DNA of 64,000 bases, taken from NCBI GenBank assembly GCA_963675785.1, contig OY776562.1:2912001-2976000 (forward strand), written 5' to 3'. Position numbers and translations under genes: made by a program. Below are positions 1 through 9,467 of the stretch, in pieces (position 1 is the first letter of the stretch; each line of letters begins with the position of its first letter). This DNA comes from Anaerolineae bacterium. GTDB taxonomy: Bacteria > Chloroflexota > Anaerolineae > UBA1429. The notes below the pieces were generated by a model. It made no database searches and had not been told where the DNA came from. It worked only from the letters and a program-made list of their open reading frames with translations.

Positions 1-252
1 ACTCTTGGTAGACTGGTCATTACGGCGACTTCGTCTGAGCATGGCGATAATGTGAGCGAGTTGGATGTTACTGTCGAAGGGAACCCCATCGAAATCGCTT
101 TTAACGCCAAATATCTCATTGATGCCCTCAGCGTGATTAGTGAAGCCGAGGTTGCTATCGAGATGCGTGATCCAACCAGCCCTGGCGTCTTGCGGCCAGT
201 GGGCAACGATCACTTTGTTCATGTCACAATGCCCATGTATACGGCTCGATAG
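1..252 (+). CDS. dnaN: DNA polymerase III beta clamp, C-terminal part (truncated by window start)
   Basis: C-terminal motifs IAFNAKYLIDAL and HVTMPM are typical of the beta clamp; lies directly upstream of recF. Confidence 0.93.
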   Translation, partial: TLGRLVITATSSEHGDNVSELDVTVEGNPIEIAFNAKYLIDALSVISEAEVAIEMRDPTSPGVLRPVGNDHFVHVTMPMYTAR

Positions 253-259
253 GGGCTGA

Positions 260-1414
260 ATGCACGTACAAAGCATCAGACTTGATTATTTTCGAAATTA
301 CGCGCGCTTGGAGCTAAATCTCCCGGCGCGCGTCCATGTTTTTCGCGGCGATAATGCTCAGGGCAAGACGAATTTGCTCGAAGCCATCTATTATGCCGCG
401 ACGACGCGCTCGCGTCTGGCTTCTCAGAATCGTGAACTCGTTGGTTGGTCGGCTATTGAAGAGGTTTTGCCTCACGCTGAGATTGTTCTTGTGTATGTCC
501 GTAGCGGACTCGAACACGAACTCTGTATAACTTTGATGCTGGATGGAGATACCCCGGATTCTGCTTCGGTCAAACGCCAGGTTCTGGTAGATGGCGTCCG
601 TCGACGGGCTATGGATGTAGTAGGATTGCTCAATGTGGTTTTGTTTCTCCCCGAGGATATTTCTCTGGTTGCTGGGGCACCCTCAGAGCGCCGCCGTTTT
701 CTTGATACATTGCTCTGCCAGGTCGATCGACCCTATTGTCGTGCTCTGGCACGTTATAATCGTGCCCTGGCACAGAGAAACGCCTTGCTCAAGCGCATTA
801 GAGAGCACCAGGCACGTTCCGCAGAACTGGCTTTCTGGGATCAGGAGATCATCTCACATGGCGCAGCAGTGCTACGCGGCCGCCTGGAGGCGGTTGTTGC
901 GCTTTCTGAGTATGCGCGTGTCATTCAACCTGAACTGACTGGCGGCGGAGAAAAGCTTGATATTACTTATGATGCAACAATAGCCGACGAGAATGGTGCA
1001 TTGCCTTCAGATTCGATCGAGGAGCTTTATCGACTAGCTCTCAATCGTTCTCAGAGGGAAGAATTGGGACGGGGAGTCACCATAGTGGGGCCGCATCGTG
1101 ATGATATTCGACTCTTGATTAATGGTTATGATGTGGTGACCTTTGGATCACGCGGCCAGCAACGAACCGTGGCTCTATCGCTCAAGTTGGCCGAAATTGA
1201 TCTGATGAAGAACCGTACGGGAGAAAGTCCTGTCTTGTTGCTGGATGATGTTGTCTCGGAATTAGATGCGCGGCGTTGTGGGTACCTCTTGGATCGAGTT
1301 TCTCAACATGAGCAGGTTTTGCTCACCACGACTGATTTGAGCTTTTTTTCTCCTCAATTCCTTGAGAAAGCTATGCTGTGGGAAGTACAGGCAGGCACTA
1401 TACAGCCTGGCTGA
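260..1414 (+). CDS. recF: DNA replication/repair protein RecF
   Basis: Walker A GDNAQGKTNLLEAI, GPHRDD, GSRGQQRT and Walker B LLLDDVVSELD. Confidence 0.97.
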   Translation: MHVQSIRLDYFRNYARLELNLPARVHVFRGDNAQGKTNLLEAIYYAATTRSRLASQNRELVGWSAIEEVLPHAEIVLVYVRSGLEHELCITLMLDGDTPDSASVKRQVLVDGVRRRAMDVVGLLNVVLFLPEDISLVAGAPSERRRFLDTLLCQVDRPYCRALARYNRALAQRNALLKRIREHQARSAELAFWDQEIISHGAAVLRGRLEAVVALSEYARVIQPELTGGGEKLDITYDATIADENGALPSDSIEELYRLALNRSQREELGRGVTIVGPHRDDIRLLINGYDVVTFGSRGQQRTVALSLKLAEIDLMKNRTGESPVLLLDDVVSELDARRCGYLLDRVSQHEQVLLTTTDLSFFSPQFLEKAMLWEVQAGTIQPG

Positions 1415-1431
1415 TCATCCCCAGCCCTATA

Positions 1432-2199
1432 TCAATCGGTCAGAGGATGTTTGCCTGGTACGCCGGTGCGTCGGGGATATTCGTCGGGGGTTGGTTTGAC
1501 TTTGCCGATAATGACGAGAGAGCGAGCCTCGTGTAGACCTGGTACCGCCACCTTTTTTACATCAATGATCTTGCCCCCAAATACTTTGATTGCCCTTTCG
1601 GCTTCCTCAAGTTCTTGTTCAATGTCCATACCTTTTTGAGCAACGAAGCGACCACCTATTCTGCAAAAAGGCAGACAATACTCGGCAAGAGTTGACATTC
1701 GAGCGACTGCTCGTGCAACGGCAATGTCATAACGTTCGCGGTGCTGTTCGTCATGTGCCGCCTCTTCTGCGCGCCCCTCAATAAAAGTAACGCCCTGCAG
1801 TTTCAGCGCGGAGGCCATGTGACGTAAAAAGGTCACCTTTTTGCCAGTGGATTCAAGCAAGGTCAATTTGAGTTCTGGGTGGGTAATCTTGAGGGGGAGT
1901 CCGGGGAAACCTGCTCCCGATCCAATGTCGATGCATTGCAGTTCCATCGGCCGCGTACGCACAGGGATTGTGTCGTGTACGCCTTGGTCGTCCTCGTCAC
2001 ACGGGATGGCTAGCAGGCAGGCCAACGAGTCAACAAAGTGCTGACATTGTACGTCGGCATACTCGGTAATGGCGGTCAGGTTGAATTTCTGGTTCCAGGC
2101 AGTCAGTTCCTGAAAATAGAGCTCAAAAGCATCAAGTCGTGTTTGGTCAAGACTGAGCCCCATTTCTTTTGCTCCGGCCTTTAGCAGTTCCATGGCCAT
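1432..2199 (-). CDS. rsmG: 16S rRNA m7G527 methyltransferase RsmG (GidB)
   Basis: WNQKFNLTAI, HFVDSL, DIGSGAGFPG, ARAVA and C-terminal YPRRTGVP. Confidence 0.96.
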   Translation of the reverse strand: MAMELLKAGAKEMGLSLDQTRLDAFELYFQELTAWNQKFNLTAITEYADVQCQHFVDSLACLLAIPCDEDDQGVHDTIPVRTRPMELQCIDIGSGAGFPGLPLKITHPELKLTLLESTGKKVTFLRHMASALKLQGVTFIEGRAEEAAHDEQHRERYDIAVARAVARMSTLAEYCLPFCRIGGRFVAQKGMDIEQELEEAERAIKVFGGKIIDVKKVAVPGLHEARSLVIIGKVKPTPDEYPRRTGVPGKHPLTD

Positions 2200-2208
2200 T
2201 GTGAACTC

Positions 2209-3594
2209 CTACTCATCAGGGAGTACCTTGCCTGGGTTTAGTATGTTATTAGGATCGAACAAACATTTGATATCGCGCATCACTTGAATAGTAGCAGCGC
2301 CATGTTCTTTTTGCATGAGATGTTTTTTCGCACAGCCGATTCCGTGTTCGCCAGCGATAGTACCGCCTACTTCAAGAGCCCGCTCTACAATCTTGTCGGT
2401 TGCTTCCAATGCGCGTTCTAGTTCTTCTCTATCATTGGGATCAGCGACAATATCTGTATGCAGGTTACCGTCACCAGCATGACCAAAGGCATAAATGACG
2501 ACGCCATACGCATCACCTACCTGGTGGGCGTAACGTATCATCTCGCCAAATTGCGACATGGGGACGCAGATATCACCAGCAACGAGCCTCATGCTCGGAT
2601 GCTCGAGCTGCATGGATTCGTGAGCCTTGGCTCGAGCCGACCAAAGACGTTCCCGACTTTCGGTATCTGTCGAGGTCTGAAAAGCGAGACAGCCGTTATC
2701 TTGGCATATCTCTTGTAGATATTGCATCTGATCCTGAATATCACTCGTGCTGCCGTGGAATTCGACGCATACCGTAGGCCGTATTTGCAGGTCAAGCCCC
2801 TGCTGCCGGTTCGTTACTTGAACGATCTCGGGATCCAGCATTTCGATGGCTGCGGGTCTCAGTCCAAAACGCATACATTCGTATATAGCATGTGAAGCAT
2901 TTTCCAATGTTTCGAACGGAGCAATAGCCACGGCTATATTCTCCGGTAGTCCCTCTAGGCGCATGGTGATCTCGGTGACAATGCCAAGTGTGCCTTCTGA
3001 GCCGATAAAAAGATCAGTCAAGGCATAACCGCTGGTCGTTTTTTTTGTGCGGCTGCCGGTGTGGATAATACGGCCGTCTGCAAGGACGACCTCTAGCCCC
3101 ATGACATAATCCCGTGTGACGCCGTATTTTACGGCACGCATGCCGCTCGAATTGTTAGCTACCATACCGCCCAATGTAGCAACATCCGAACTCCCTGGCG
3201 CGGGCGGAAAAAAGAGCCCCAACCGACGAAGCTGCTTGTTGAGATTGCTATAGACGACCCCTGGCTGTGCGCGGACCTGTAGATCGGGCTCGATAATCTC
3301 AATAACCTGATTCATTCTGTACATGGCCAGCACAATGCCGCCGTACAAAGGGATCGGATTACCCTCCAGGCTAGAACCGCCGCTTCGCGCAGATACGGGT
3401 ATTTTTCTGGCGTTGGCAAAGGCCAATACCTTGGAAACTTGGTCGGTGGTTTCTGGCCAAACTACCACCTCCGGTATATGCGGATCCACCCACGATTCAT
3501 CCACCGAATGCGCTTTGAGGTCTGCATCGGAAGTAGAGACACCGGCGGGGCCAAGGATTTCTATCAGTTGGACAATATCACTATCTGTAATCAC
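2209..3594 (-). CDS. FAD-linked oxidoreductase, GlcD/D-lactate dehydrogenase family
   Basis: FAD_binding_4 motifs RSGGSSLEG, GGMVANNSSG..AVKYG and GSEGTLG; C-terminal GHAGDGNLH, GEHGIG and DPNNILNPGK. Confidence 0.9.
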   Translation of the reverse strand: MITDSDIVQLIEILGPAGVSTSDADLKAHSVDESWVDPHIPEVVVWPETTDQVSKVLAFANARKIPVSARSGGSSLEGNPIPLYGGIVLAMYRMNQVIEIIEPDLQVRAQPGVVYSNLNKQLRRLGLFFPPAPGSSDVATLGGMVANNSSGMRAVKYGVTRDYVMGLEVVLADGRIIHTGSRTKKTTSGYALTDLFIGSEGTLGIVTEITMRLEGLPENIAVAIAPFETLENASHAIYECMRFGLRPAAIEMLDPEIVQVTNRQQGLDLQIRPTVCVEFHGSTSDIQDQMQYLQEICQDNGCLAFQTSTDTESRERLWSARAKAHESMQLEHPSMRLVAGDICVPMSQFGEMIRYAHQVGDAYGVVIYAFGHAGDGNLHTDIVADPNDREELERALEATDKIVERALEVGGTIAGEHGIGCAKKHLMQKEHGAATIQVMRDIKCLFDPNNILNPGKVLPDE

Positions 3595-5813
3595 GAGTCT
3601 CCTTCTGGCGTCTTTTCCTGCTCTCCCAACGGAGGCAGCAACACTTCGCGAGGCTTGTTTTGTACCGTGTAAGGGCCAATGGCGCCTTCTTCTTCCATCT
3701 GATCGACAATTCTGGATGCACGGGTATAGCCAATGGAAAGTTTGCGCTGCAGCATAGACACCGAGACAGCACGTTCTTTGCGGGCAAATTCGATGGCTCG
3801 ATCCAGCATTTCGTCTCTGTTAGGGTCGATATGGGTATTGATTTGCGGCCATAAAGCTTGTTGCATGAGAGGCACGTCAGAATCTTGATCCTGGGTTTGT
3901 TTTGATTTGCCGTTTGACAAAAGCGCAATTTTTTGGTTCTTCCAGAACTTTGTAATTCTGTTGATTTCTGTGTCTGTGACCAGGCAGCCTTGTATACGCT
4001 GCAATCCCGCTTTTTCGGGGTGCATAAATAGGCTGTCTCCGCGACCGAGAAGGGTTTCAGCACCCACAGTATCCAGAATGACCCTCGAATCAATACCTGA
4101 TGATACGGCAAAAGCGAGCCTTGCTCCAAAGTTGGTCTTGATGGTGCCCGTCAAGACATCGACAGAAGGGCGTTGGGTTGCCAGAATGAGGTGGATTCCT
4201 ACTGCGCGGGACATCTGAGCGATGCGGCAGAGCAGTGTTTCCATCTGGTCAGAGGAAGTCATCATCAAATCACCCAACTCATCGATGATGCAAACAATGT
4301 AGGGCATTTTTTTGCCGCCATCTGTAGCAAGAATCTTTTCGTTATAGCCCACAATATTGCGCACGCCAGCCTCATTGAGACGTTTGTAACGCGTCTGCAT
4401 CTCTTTGGAAAGCCAGGCTAAAAGTCCCACCACGCGGTCCGGCTCTACAACGACATCGGTTAGCAGGTGCGGCACATCGTTATAACCGGTGAGCTCGACG
4501 CGTTTTGGGTCAACCATGAGCAATCGCAACTCCTGCGGCGTGTTTCTGCACAACAGGCACGTAATAAGGGCGTTGATGCAGATACTTTTGCCCGAACCGG
4601 TAGCGCCAGCAATGAGAAGATGCGGAAGTCTAGCGATATCGATCAAAACCGGCTGCCCGGAGACGTCTCTTCCCAGGGTTATAGTCAGTGGCGGTGCGTT
4701 GAGCATCTCTGTGGACTGAAGAATGCTCTTGATGCCTACGGTAACCGGCTCATCATTGGGGATTTCGATGCCTACCAGCGATTTGCCGGGAATAGGGGCT
4801 TCGACGCGGATAGACTTGGCTGCCAGAGCCAGAGCCAGATCGTTGGCAGCATTTTGTATGCTGCTAACTTTGACGCGGGCGCGAATACTGTCGCTTCCAG
4901 AGACGTTACGATCGAGATACCCCGGCTTGATGCCATATTGAGTAATGGTAGGCCCGGGATTCACTTCTTCTACAGTGCCCGGTATAGAGAGGCTTTTCAG
5001 CGTGTTCTCTATGAGCATGGCCTTTTCACGTAACTCGCTAACATCCAATGCGGTCTCGGCGTGATCATCGAGCAATGCTTGAAAGGGAGGGAGCGTCCAT
5101 ACTTGGTCGATGTCATTACGGACCTGAATCACTTCTTCTATTTGTTCTTCTTTTTTAACCAGGGCCGTGTGAGCTTGAACAGATTTTGAAGGAGCTGGCT
5201 TTTCTTGTGCGGGCATGACGGAGGTAGGAACTGCGATTCTCGGACCTGATTTGATGCGGCGACGCTCACGTCGCTCGGCAATTGTAGTGCTGATCCACTG
5301 CCATAGCCTCTGCAGCACGCCGACGACCGAGGTGTTGAGTGCCAGCATAATGGCAAGGCCACCAATAGCAAACAGCATAACCAGTGCTCCAGATCGTCCA
5401 AAAGCATACGTAAATATCTGCGCAAACCATCTCCCCAGATTACCGCCATGCTTGGGATTGATCCATCCCAGAATACCATCCAGCATAAAGAACAACAGGA
5501 TGATTCCGATAATGCGGTCGGTTGGGAAGCGTTCTACCTTATCGCGAGCTAGGAGCAATAGGAGGATACCAAAAGCAAAAAGTGGGGCAAAAACAATATA
5601 TGCGAGATAACCGCATATGGAAAAGCTTTGATGTTGCCAGGCCGAAAACAATTTGGGGAGATCACCAGGCATGATGGAGACGAACGCAACAAGACCCGCC
5701 AGCAGAAACAACGCGCCAATGATCCCTACGATGGTTTCAGAGCGAATCGATTGAAACCATTGTAGGGCTTTATCGATCGAGCGCTTGGTCTTGCTTCGCT
5801 TAGGCCGCGCCAT
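3591..5813 (-). CDS. ftsK: FtsK/SpoIIIE DNA translocase
   Basis: N-terminal TM segments, PHLLIAGATGSGKS, IIDEL, LATQRPS and gamma domain SMLQRKLSIGYTRASRI. Confidence 0.96.
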   Translation of the reverse strand: MARPKRSKTKRSIDKALQWFQSIRSETIVGIIGALFLLAGLVAFVSIMPGDLPKLFSAWQHQSFSICGYLAYIVFAPLFAFGILLLLLARDKVERFPTDRIIGIILLFFMLDGILGWINPKHGGNLGRWFAQIFTYAFGRSGALVMLFAIGGLAIMLALNTSVVGVLQRLWQWISTTIAERRERRRIKSGPRIAVPTSVMPAQEKPAPSKSVQAHTALVKKEEQIEEVIQVRNDIDQVWTLPPFQALLDDHAETALDVSELREKAMLIENTLKSLSIPGTVEEVNPGPTITQYGIKPGYLDRNVSGSDSIRARVKVSSIQNAANDLALALAAKSIRVEAPIPGKSLVGIEIPNDEPVTVGIKSILQSTEMLNAPPLTITLGRDVSGQPVLIDIARLPHLLIAGATGSGKSICINALITCLLCRNTPQELRLLMVDPKRVELTGYNDVPHLLTDVVVEPDRVVGLLAWLSKEMQTRYKRLNEAGVRNIVGYNEKILATDGGKKMPYIVCIIDELGDLMMTSSDQMETLLCRIAQMSRAVGIHLILATQRPSVDVLTGTIKTNFGARLAFAVSSGIDSRVILDTVGAETLLGRGDSLFMHPEKAGLQRIQGCLVTDTEINRITKFWKNQKIALLSNGKSKQTQDQDSDVPLMQQALWPQINTHIDPNRDEMLDRAIEFARKERAVSVSMLQRKLSIGYTRASRIVDQMEEEGAIGPYTVQNKPREVLLPPLGEQEKTPEGDS

Positions 5814-5843
5814 GTAAATGCACCTCCCAAAGGGCGATATTTG

Positions 5844-7484
5844 CTATATCTTGACTACGATAGCCTTAACAATGGGGTGCCTGCCAGTCTCTCTGTTGAG
5901 AAACCGACCAACGTGTGTCTCAATTCGTTCACAAATTGAGGAACGGGAGCCACCTAATTCTACAGCATGTGCCGCTTCAATGCAGGCTTTGTCTAGTACG
6001 TCTCCCGATTTTTGTTCATCGATAAAGCCGCGCGATACGATTTCGGGGTCTTTGAGGAGACCGTTTGTATAACGGTCTAGGGTCACACTACAAACGACAA
6101 AACCACTGCGCGATAGCTTGTGCCTATCTTCCAGCATGGCGCTGGTAATATCGCCAATTCTGCGTCCATCGACGAGGACAGGTGGCGCGTCAATGGAGTC
6201 TCCCAGAACCGCGCCCTCGGGTGAGAGTTCAAGAACATCACCAGGCTCCAGAATAAAGGCCTTTTCCGGGGCATGCTCACACTGCATGGCCAATTCGGCG
6301 TGTAATGCGAGATGGCGATATTCACCATGAATGGGCACAAAGAAACGGGGACGCACGAGGTTGATCAGACGAATCTGATCTTCTCTGCTGGCATGCCCAG
6401 AAACATGCACATCCCTCAAGCCACTGTAAAAGACATGTGCGCCAAGGCGATAGAGGTTATCGATCGTCTTGTTTACGCGTTCTTCATTTCCTGGGATAGC
6501 ACGAGCCGAAACGATGACGGTATCGTTTTCTTTGATGGTGAGAAAGCGATGTCTTCCTTCTCCCATGCGCACAAGAGCAGAATCCCGCTCTCCTTGGCTA
6601 CCCGTACAAATGATAGTTACTTGGTTTTGGGGATACTGCCCGATATCCATGGGGTTGATCATCAACTCTTCCGAAATGGACAGATATCCAAGCTCGCGGG
6701 CGATCCGCGAGTTGCCAACCATGCTTCGTCCTACAATAGAGACCTTGCGACTAAACTGTTTGGCAGTATTGACCACTTGTTGAACCCGAGAGATATTGGA
6801 AGCAAAGGTGGCGACAATAATTCTGCCTTTGGCGCTGGCAAAAGCTTCTGCCAGGGGTTCATCTAATTCGCTTTCAGAGCGTGAACTACCATTTTGATCC
6901 GCGTTGGTGCTGTCGGCTAGCAATAAGGCCACGCCACGCTTGCCCAATTCTTGTAGCCTGTCGAGATCAGTATGCTGCCCCACGACGGGGCTTTCGTCTA
7001 TCTTGTAATCACCCGAATGCACTACCAAACCAGCTGGTGTTGTAATGCCCAGACCCACACCATCTGGAATACTGTGACATACAGAGAAAAACTCGACACG
7101 AAACGAACCTAGGAGAAGAACATCCTTGGTTGTGATGGTATGAATCTCTGCTAGCCCTAGCCGGTTTTCGCGAAGTTTTACTTCGATCAAGCCTCGCGTA
7201 AGCCGGGTAGCATACACAGGAGCGTTGACGTGTTCTAGCAGGTGGCAAAGTGCTCCGATATGATCTTCATGACCATGAGTGATGACAATGCCTCGAACGC
7301 GATTGGCCCTTTCAAAAACGTATGACATGTCGGGGATGACACGATCAACGCCCAGGAGATCACTTTCGGGGAACATGAGCCCGGCATCAACTATCAGGAT
7401 TTGTTCATCATACTCTAACACCAGCATATTTCGGCCGATCTCTCCGAGACCGCCGAGGGGCATAACAGAAAGGGTTTTGGGCAA
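5844..7484 (-). CDS. rnj: Ribonuclease J
   Basis: PLGGLGEIGRN, THGHEDHIG, HSIPD, HVSGHA and PIHGEYRHL. Confidence 0.96.
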   Translation of the reverse strand: MPKTLSVMPLGGLGEIGRNMLVLEYDEQILIVDAGLMFPESDLLGVDRVIPDMSYVFERANRVRGIVITHGHEDHIGALCHLLEHVNAPVYATRLTRGLIEVKLRENRLGLAEIHTITTKDVLLLGSFRVEFFSVCHSIPDGVGLGITTPAGLVVHSGDYKIDESPVVGQHTDLDRLQELGKRGVALLLADSTNADQNGSSRSESELDEPLAEAFASAKGRIIVATFASNISRVQQVVNTAKQFSRKVSIVGRSMVGNSRIARELGYLSISEELMINPMDIGQYPQNQVTIICTGSQGERDSALVRMGEGRHRFLTIKENDTVIVSARAIPGNEERVNKTIDNLYRLGAHVFYSGLRDVHVSGHASREDQIRLINLVRPRFFVPIHGEYRHLALHAELAMQCEHAPEKAFILEPGDVLELSPEGAVLGDSIDAPPVLVDGRRIGDITSAMLEDRHKLSRSGFVVCSVTLDRYTNGLLKDPEIVSRGFIDEQKSGDVLDKACIEAAHAVELGGSRSSICERIETHVGRFLNRETGRHPIVKAIVVKI

Positions 7485-7501
7485 GAATGACCTCCAGGCA
7501 G

Positions 7502-8116
7502 CTAGAACAGGCTCAATTGCTCGGGGCGTTGTGGTGCTTCCTGCTCAACACTGCCCAGTTGCATGAGAATCTCGGGGATCCGCTTGACATCCTCTTCAAT
7601 CAGAGAGCGATAGCGAGGCTGATGCAAGGCGGCGGCAGGATGAAACATGGGATAATAGACATAGTCGCCCACTTTGCGTGGTGTGCCATGAACGCGAGAT
7701 ATAGAGGCTCCCTTGAAGGCAAGCTGCATTGAAAATCGCCCCAGGGTGACGATGAGCCTCGGCTGGAGTATAGCCAACTGCCGCTCCAGATAGCCTGCGC
7801 AGGCTTCTATTTCATCAGGTTGAGGATCTCGGTTATTGGGCGGACGGCATTTGACCACGTTAGTAATATAGACGGATTCGCGCGCGAGATTGATAGAGGC
7901 CAGCAGGTCGTTTAAAAAATTCCCTGCTGCCCCTACAAAAGGTTTGCCCTGGCGATCTTCATGAAAGCCCGGCGCCTCACCAATAAAGACGATTTGCGCG
8001 TTCTCAGCGCCCGATCCTGGTACTGCCATAGTACGACTAGCAGCTAGACGGCAACTGGTACAGCGTTGAATTTCACTCGAAATGGCGGATAATTCGGACA
8101 CAAACTCCTCCAACAT
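7502..8116 (-). CDS. Uracil-DNA glycosylase, family 4 (Fe-S)
   Basis: CxxC, GEAPG, PFVG, KCRPPNNR and HPAA motifs. Confidence 0.93.
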   Translation of the reverse strand: MLEEFVSELSAISSEIQRCTSCRLAASRTMAVPGSGAENAQIVFIGEAPGFHEDRQGKPFVGAAGNFLNDLLASINLARESVYITNVVKCRPPNNRDPQPDEIEACAGYLERQLAILQPRLIVTLGRFSMQLAFKGASISRVHGTPRKVGDYVYYPMFHPAAALHQPRYRSLIEEDVKRIPEILMQLGSVEQEAPQRPEQLSLF

Positions 8117-8127
8117 TATCGTAAGAT

Positions 8128-9099
8128 TTATTGTCTTCGGCTGGCATAGTCTTTCGTGGTCATGATGGGAGCGTACTCAAATAACCCTGGAGCGACATTG
8201 TTCGGTGTGACAATCGAAAGACATCTTGGTTCAACGCTAATCATAACAGGTGTTGATCCTTGCGGATCACCATCAACGTGAATGGGAATGGGATTGTCCC
8301 CTTCAATGACAATCTCTCGGGCACGATAGACTTCAAGTTTTGGATCCAATTCTTGATGTCCAGATACTACCATACCTACATGTCGGATGATGTCCAAGTT
8401 GTTATTTCCGCGAAAGACTAACACGTCCAAAAGGCCATCATCGAGGCGAGCCTGTGGGGCCACACTGACAGATCCGCCGTAGAATTTTGCGTTAGAGACA
8501 AGCGCCATGATAATCCTCTGCCGCATCACTCTTTGGTCTATCCTTAGAGTGACTCTTTCGCCGCGCATAGACAGGCTCATTGCCGCGATGGCAACTGCAT
8601 ATGTTATATTACCAAAACTGCGCCGTAGATCGCGATGGGGCTCTACCTCGGCAGCCACCTGAGCATCAAAGCCCACGCCGCACCAAAGTAGGAACCGCCT
8701 ATCATGTACAGTTCCGAGATCGACAGAGCGCAGTTGCCCATCCACAAGCATGCGTGCGGCGTCCATCAAAGCATTTTGAGCAAGTGGTGTCCAATAAGGA
8801 ATACCGAGTTGCCGGGCCCATACGTTACCGGTTCCTACGGGAAGCAGACCTACTGGGCAATCAGAACCGGCTACGCCGGAACAAACCTCACCTAGAGTGC
8901 CGTCACCGCCTACTGCGATAACCATGTCCGCACCCGTTTTCACAGCTTTTTCTGCGAACCGGGCGGCATCACCGGCACCTGTTGTTTGTACGAGGCTTGT
9001 ATGCCAACCTAATCGATCCAGATATAGACGGAGATTATCTAGTTCGGCACCAATCTCATGTTGACCGGCCACAGGGTTTTGGATTAACAGCAGCTCCAT
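8128..9099 (-). CDS. Diacylglycerol kinase family lipid kinase (YegS/BmrU-like)
   Basis: NPVAG, GGDGT, PVGTGN, GVGFDA, DDGLLDV and DGD motifs. Confidence 0.9.
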   Translation of the reverse strand: MELLLIQNPVAGQHEIGAELDNLRLYLDRLGWHTSLVQTTGAGDAARFAEKAVKTGADMVIAVGGDGTLGEVCSGVAGSDCPVGLLPVGTGNVWARQLGIPYWTPLAQNALMDAARMLVDGQLRSVDLGTVHDRRFLLWCGVGFDAQVAAEVEPHRDLRRSFGNITYAVAIAAMSLSMRGERVTLRIDQRVMRQRIIMALVSNAKFYGGSVSVAPQARLDDGLLDVLVFRGNNNLDIIRHVGMVVSGHQELDPKLEVYRAREIVIEGDNPIPIHVDGDPQGSTPVMISVEPRCLSIVTPNNVAPGLFEYAPIMTTKDYASRRQ

Positions 9100-9239
9100 A
9101 ACGTTAAATATACTCCGTTCAAAAAATAGTGTCCAGAGAGGGGCCGAATCACACAGAATGAACTTGTCTTGGCGCAGTTCTTACCTCATGCTATAATCTA
9201 CGCGTCTTGTGCCCTTGGCGTTGCAAATCGGAGGTTCTC

Positions 9240-9452
9240 TTGGGACCCTATCTGAATGTTGTTCAAATTATTGTCTCTATCGCACTCATCGCACTGGTCA
9301 TCATGCAGCGCGGTGGCCAGTCTGGCGGCTCCATGTTTGGTGCCAGCGCTGGCTATCAGACTCGGCGCGGCGTAGAAAAGACGATGTATAACATGACACT
9401 CGTCATTTCTGTGCTATTCTTGGTCACGTCTTTGCTTAGCGTGTTGATCTAG
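9240..9452 (+). CDS. secG: Preprotein translocase subunit SecG
   Basis: Two TM helices joined by a Gly-rich loop (QRGGQSGGSMFG...TRRGVEK); TTG start after GGAGG; extended -10 TGCTATAAT at ~9189. Confidence 0.9.
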   Translation: MGPYLNVVQIIVSIALIALVIMQRGGQSGGSMFGASAGYQTRRGVEKTMYNMTLVISVLFLVTSLLSVLI

Positions 9453-9467
9453 GGACGGAGGCTCCGC

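Noticed and set aside
3060-3068. Perfect DnaA box (TGTGGATAA) near dnaN-recF
   Set aside because: It is a single copy inside a coding sequence with no cluster or AT-rich unwinding element, so it is not oriC.
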